IMG/VR virus record: IMGVR_UViG_3300028840_002431
Location: 62,001-126,000 of that record
Direction: 5' to 3' (one strand)
DNA length: 64,000 bases
Part shown: positions 61,984-64,000 of the stretch, in pieces
How the letters are laid out: each line of letters begins with the position of its first letter
Position numbering within the stretch: the stretch's first letter is position 1
Program-made: the position numbers and the translations under genes
Notes under the pieces: model-generated
Database searches by the model: none
Told to the model about the DNA's origin: nothing
The model's input: only the letters and a program-made list of their open reading frames with translations

Positions 61984-62643
61984 ATGAACATCCTCACCTT
62001 ACGAGTTGCCGCGAGGTTCGCAGCCCGGAGCAGTTACCGGGTAGACCGGATGAGAGTCCGCAGGGCACTGAGAATCAATCACCCGGATGCTATAGAAGAC
62101 TCCAAGAAATACCACGGCGGCTACTCCGTAGCCCGTTTCGAGCACGTCCCCATATCCAAAATCAAACTGCCGCCAATCTGGAAACCCTCAAGAGCCGTCA
62201 GAATCAGAAAGGCGATTAAAGAGGGAAAGGCGTTACCGCCTATACACCTGGGACCCAATTACGAGATCTCCGACGGCATCCATAGAACCAATGTGTCTAA
62301 AGAGTTTGGCTTTACCCACGTCCCCGCCATTATCACAGAGTGGGTAGAGACCCCCGATGAAATCGAATTACCCGAGCCTGAGAAACCTCGATTGGATGTT
62401 GGAGACTGGGTCAAAACCCGCGAGAAGTGGGACGGACGGGAATACGGTTGGATCGAAGAACAACTCCTCTATGCTTTCGACAGAAGGGTAAAAAGATGGA
62501 AGTACGCTGTGGCCTTGGTCAAGCGTGGGGACGACTGGCCCGACATTCTGGACCTGAGAGACTCAGAATTTGATCCGGCGCGAGTACCCTCCTGGGTCAA
62601 GAAACATAGGCAGGACTGGATCAAGAAATACAAAGAGAGTTAG
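61984..62643 (+). CDS. ParB/Srx-like domain protein (RVAARFAA tag)
   Basis: LPPIHL..ISDGIHR..VPA. Confidence 0.7.
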   Translation: MNILTLRVAARFAARSSYRVDRMRVRRALRINHPDAIEDSKKYHGGYSVARFEHVPISKIKLPPIWKPSRAVRIRKAIKEGKALPPIHLGPNYEISDGIHRTNVSKEFGFTHVPAIITEWVETPDEIELPEPEKPRLDVGDWVKTREKWDGREYGWIEEQLLYAFDRRVKRWKYAVALVKRGDDWPDILDLRDSEFDPARVPSWVKKHRQDWIKKYKES

Positions 62644-62867
62644 TCCGGGTACTTACAGCCGTTCTTCTCCTGCCACTCCTCCATATCGTGAGCGAGCTTC
62701 AAAGCCTCGTCAATTTTCCGACCGTCGATTCCAAGGTTGGACGCACGGTCGGCCCAGTACCTGATGACTCTGGGGGCCAGCCTGTCTTTGCCCCTGAGGA
62801 CGAATACAGGTTCATCGTCGGCTACCCTGGAGAAACACCCGCGTTCGATTTCTTCTCGTTTGATCAT
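62640..62867 (-). CDS. small phage protein
   Basis: DEPVFVLRGKDRLAP..YW. Confidence 0.7.
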   Translation of the reverse strand: MIKREEIERGCFSRVADDEPVFVLRGKDRLAPRVIRYWADRASNLGIDGRKIDEALKLAHDMEEWQEKNGCKYPD

Positions 62868-62876
62868 AACGCCTTG

Positions 62877-63710
62877 CTACACCATCCTGTCTTCGTGTTT
62901 GGCAGACAATAGATTATACCCTCTGGGCACGCTGTGGTTAAGTTTTATGAGCACCTTGGCCCGCTGTTCCCAGGACTCGTCGCCCCTAGGGTCGTAGCCA
63001 CGTACCCTGGACATCCAGAGTCTTACGGTCGTCCCGTCGATTATCCTGAAAACCCAACCCCAATATGTCCGGCCGTCCGGAGCATCGAGGTTGTGTTTCA
63101 CAGGCTGGCTCCCCTCGTAGTACAGCCAGTCAGACCCTATGTGCGGCAACTTGGCCGAGCCAATAGCGGCGTTCACATTCGTCTTAATGTTTGTCTTGTT
63201 TGAGACCCCCACGCTAGTGACTACGAACAGGGTTGATTTGTTGACTGTGCTTCGCTTGAAAAAGAAGGGCTTGTGGTAATCCCAAACGCCCTGGACTCTC
63301 TCCACGTAATCGATCAGTTCCTTTTCCAGATCCGTCAGGGTGTCCGGAGCCTCGTCAAACAAGCCTCCCATACTGACATCGTCGTCCATCCACGAAAGGT
63401 CTTCGTCCGATTCCTCTGGCTCTGGTTTGGCGGAACCAGGGTTAACAAAATTCTTGGCCAGCATCCGGTACTCCGTGATCTGGTGTGCGGACGACATGTG
63501 TTGAAGATGGTCCAGAAGACCCTCTACCGTCTCTAGGTAGAAGGTGTCGGCCTTCTTCTCCGTGTCAAAACCCCCGGCTCGAATGTCTTCGTGCAGTGCC
63601 CTTAGCTGCCTCGACACACTGTCGGAACTGAGGTCCTTCCAACTGCACGCGAGCGCCTTTATTAATGTCTTGCCGTACCTCGACCTGGGTCCAGTGTTCT
63701 CCTTCGCCAT
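62877..63710 (-). CDS. hypothetical protein
   Basis: 277-aa ORF with GGAGG RBS. Confidence 0.7.
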   Translation of the reverse strand: MAKENTGPRSRYGKTLIKALACSWKDLSSDSVSRQLRALHEDIRAGGFDTEKKADTFYLETVEGLLDHLQHMSSAHQITEYRMLAKNFVNPGSAKPEPEESDEDLSWMDDDVSMGGLFDEAPDTLTDLEKELIDYVERVQGVWDYHKPFFFKRSTVNKSTLFVVTSVGVSNKTNIKTNVNAAIGSAKLPHIGSDWLYYEGSQPVKHNLDAPDGRTYWGWVFRIIDGTTVRLWMSRVRGYDPRGDESWEQRAKVLIKLNHSVPRGYNLLSAKHEDRMV

Positions 63711-64000
63711 TGCTTCCCTCCATTCACAGATTTCATCTTCGCTTTCATTTCGTTCTTCGCTTCTTCCACAACGTCCAAGCTACACCGCATAAGACGGCAA
63801 ACAGAAGCGCCCCTTGGACAGCTAGGAGCACCATGGCGGACATAACAAGTAATTCCATCTATTCTTTTGCCGCGTCTTCCGCTTTCAGGATGTCTAGCCA
63901 CCTCCGGATCTTGGCAAAATGCTCTTCGTCGCCTCCGTGCAACATTAGCTGAAACCTAAAACACAACTCAGCGAACCCGGCCCTTATGACGAACAGATAG

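Overview
This window looks like part of a large (jumbo) bacteriophage genome: GC-rich, standard genetic code, densely packed short ORFs, and no rRNA, CRISPR or integrase. About 2-32 kb holds a minus-strand RNA gene array of about 41 tRNAs covering all 20 amino acids, a one-piece tmRNA (tag ANDNAAPLAIAA) and several aberrant tRNA-like RNAs, interleaved with small ORFs and HNH endonucleases. The best candidate for a new system is a minus-strand operon: Ro60/TROVE-like vWA protein, E2-like protein, JAB/JAMM peptidase, ubiquitin-like protein, small ORFs and a ThiF/E1 enzyme. It runs directly into five tandem copies of an apparently unnamed RNA family, and five more copies lie at 29.3-31.0 kb. Each copy carries the same covarying stem domain (WCTCG...CAH...YACAWGC). 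In nine copies it is grafted onto a tRNA body in one of four topologies, including circular permutation, and one copy has no tRNA. The tRNA array is headed by a 50-codon leader ORF using all 20 amino acids, followed by an antiterminator/terminator pair, a boxA-like site, and codon-matched leader ORFs before tRNA-Tyr and tRNA-Lys. Other content: a Cys-to-Ser ketosynthase/ACP/PPTase cassette, phosphatidylserine decarboxylase, two divergent sigma-like proteins, a recurring GGTGTA-N9-11-ATG promoter-like motif, shared N-terminal tags on unrelated proteins, two methyltransferases, two GHKL ATPases, phosphatases, dcd, Fic, and a fibre/decoration gene cluster. All calls come from reading motifs by eye. 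No database searches or folding programs were run.
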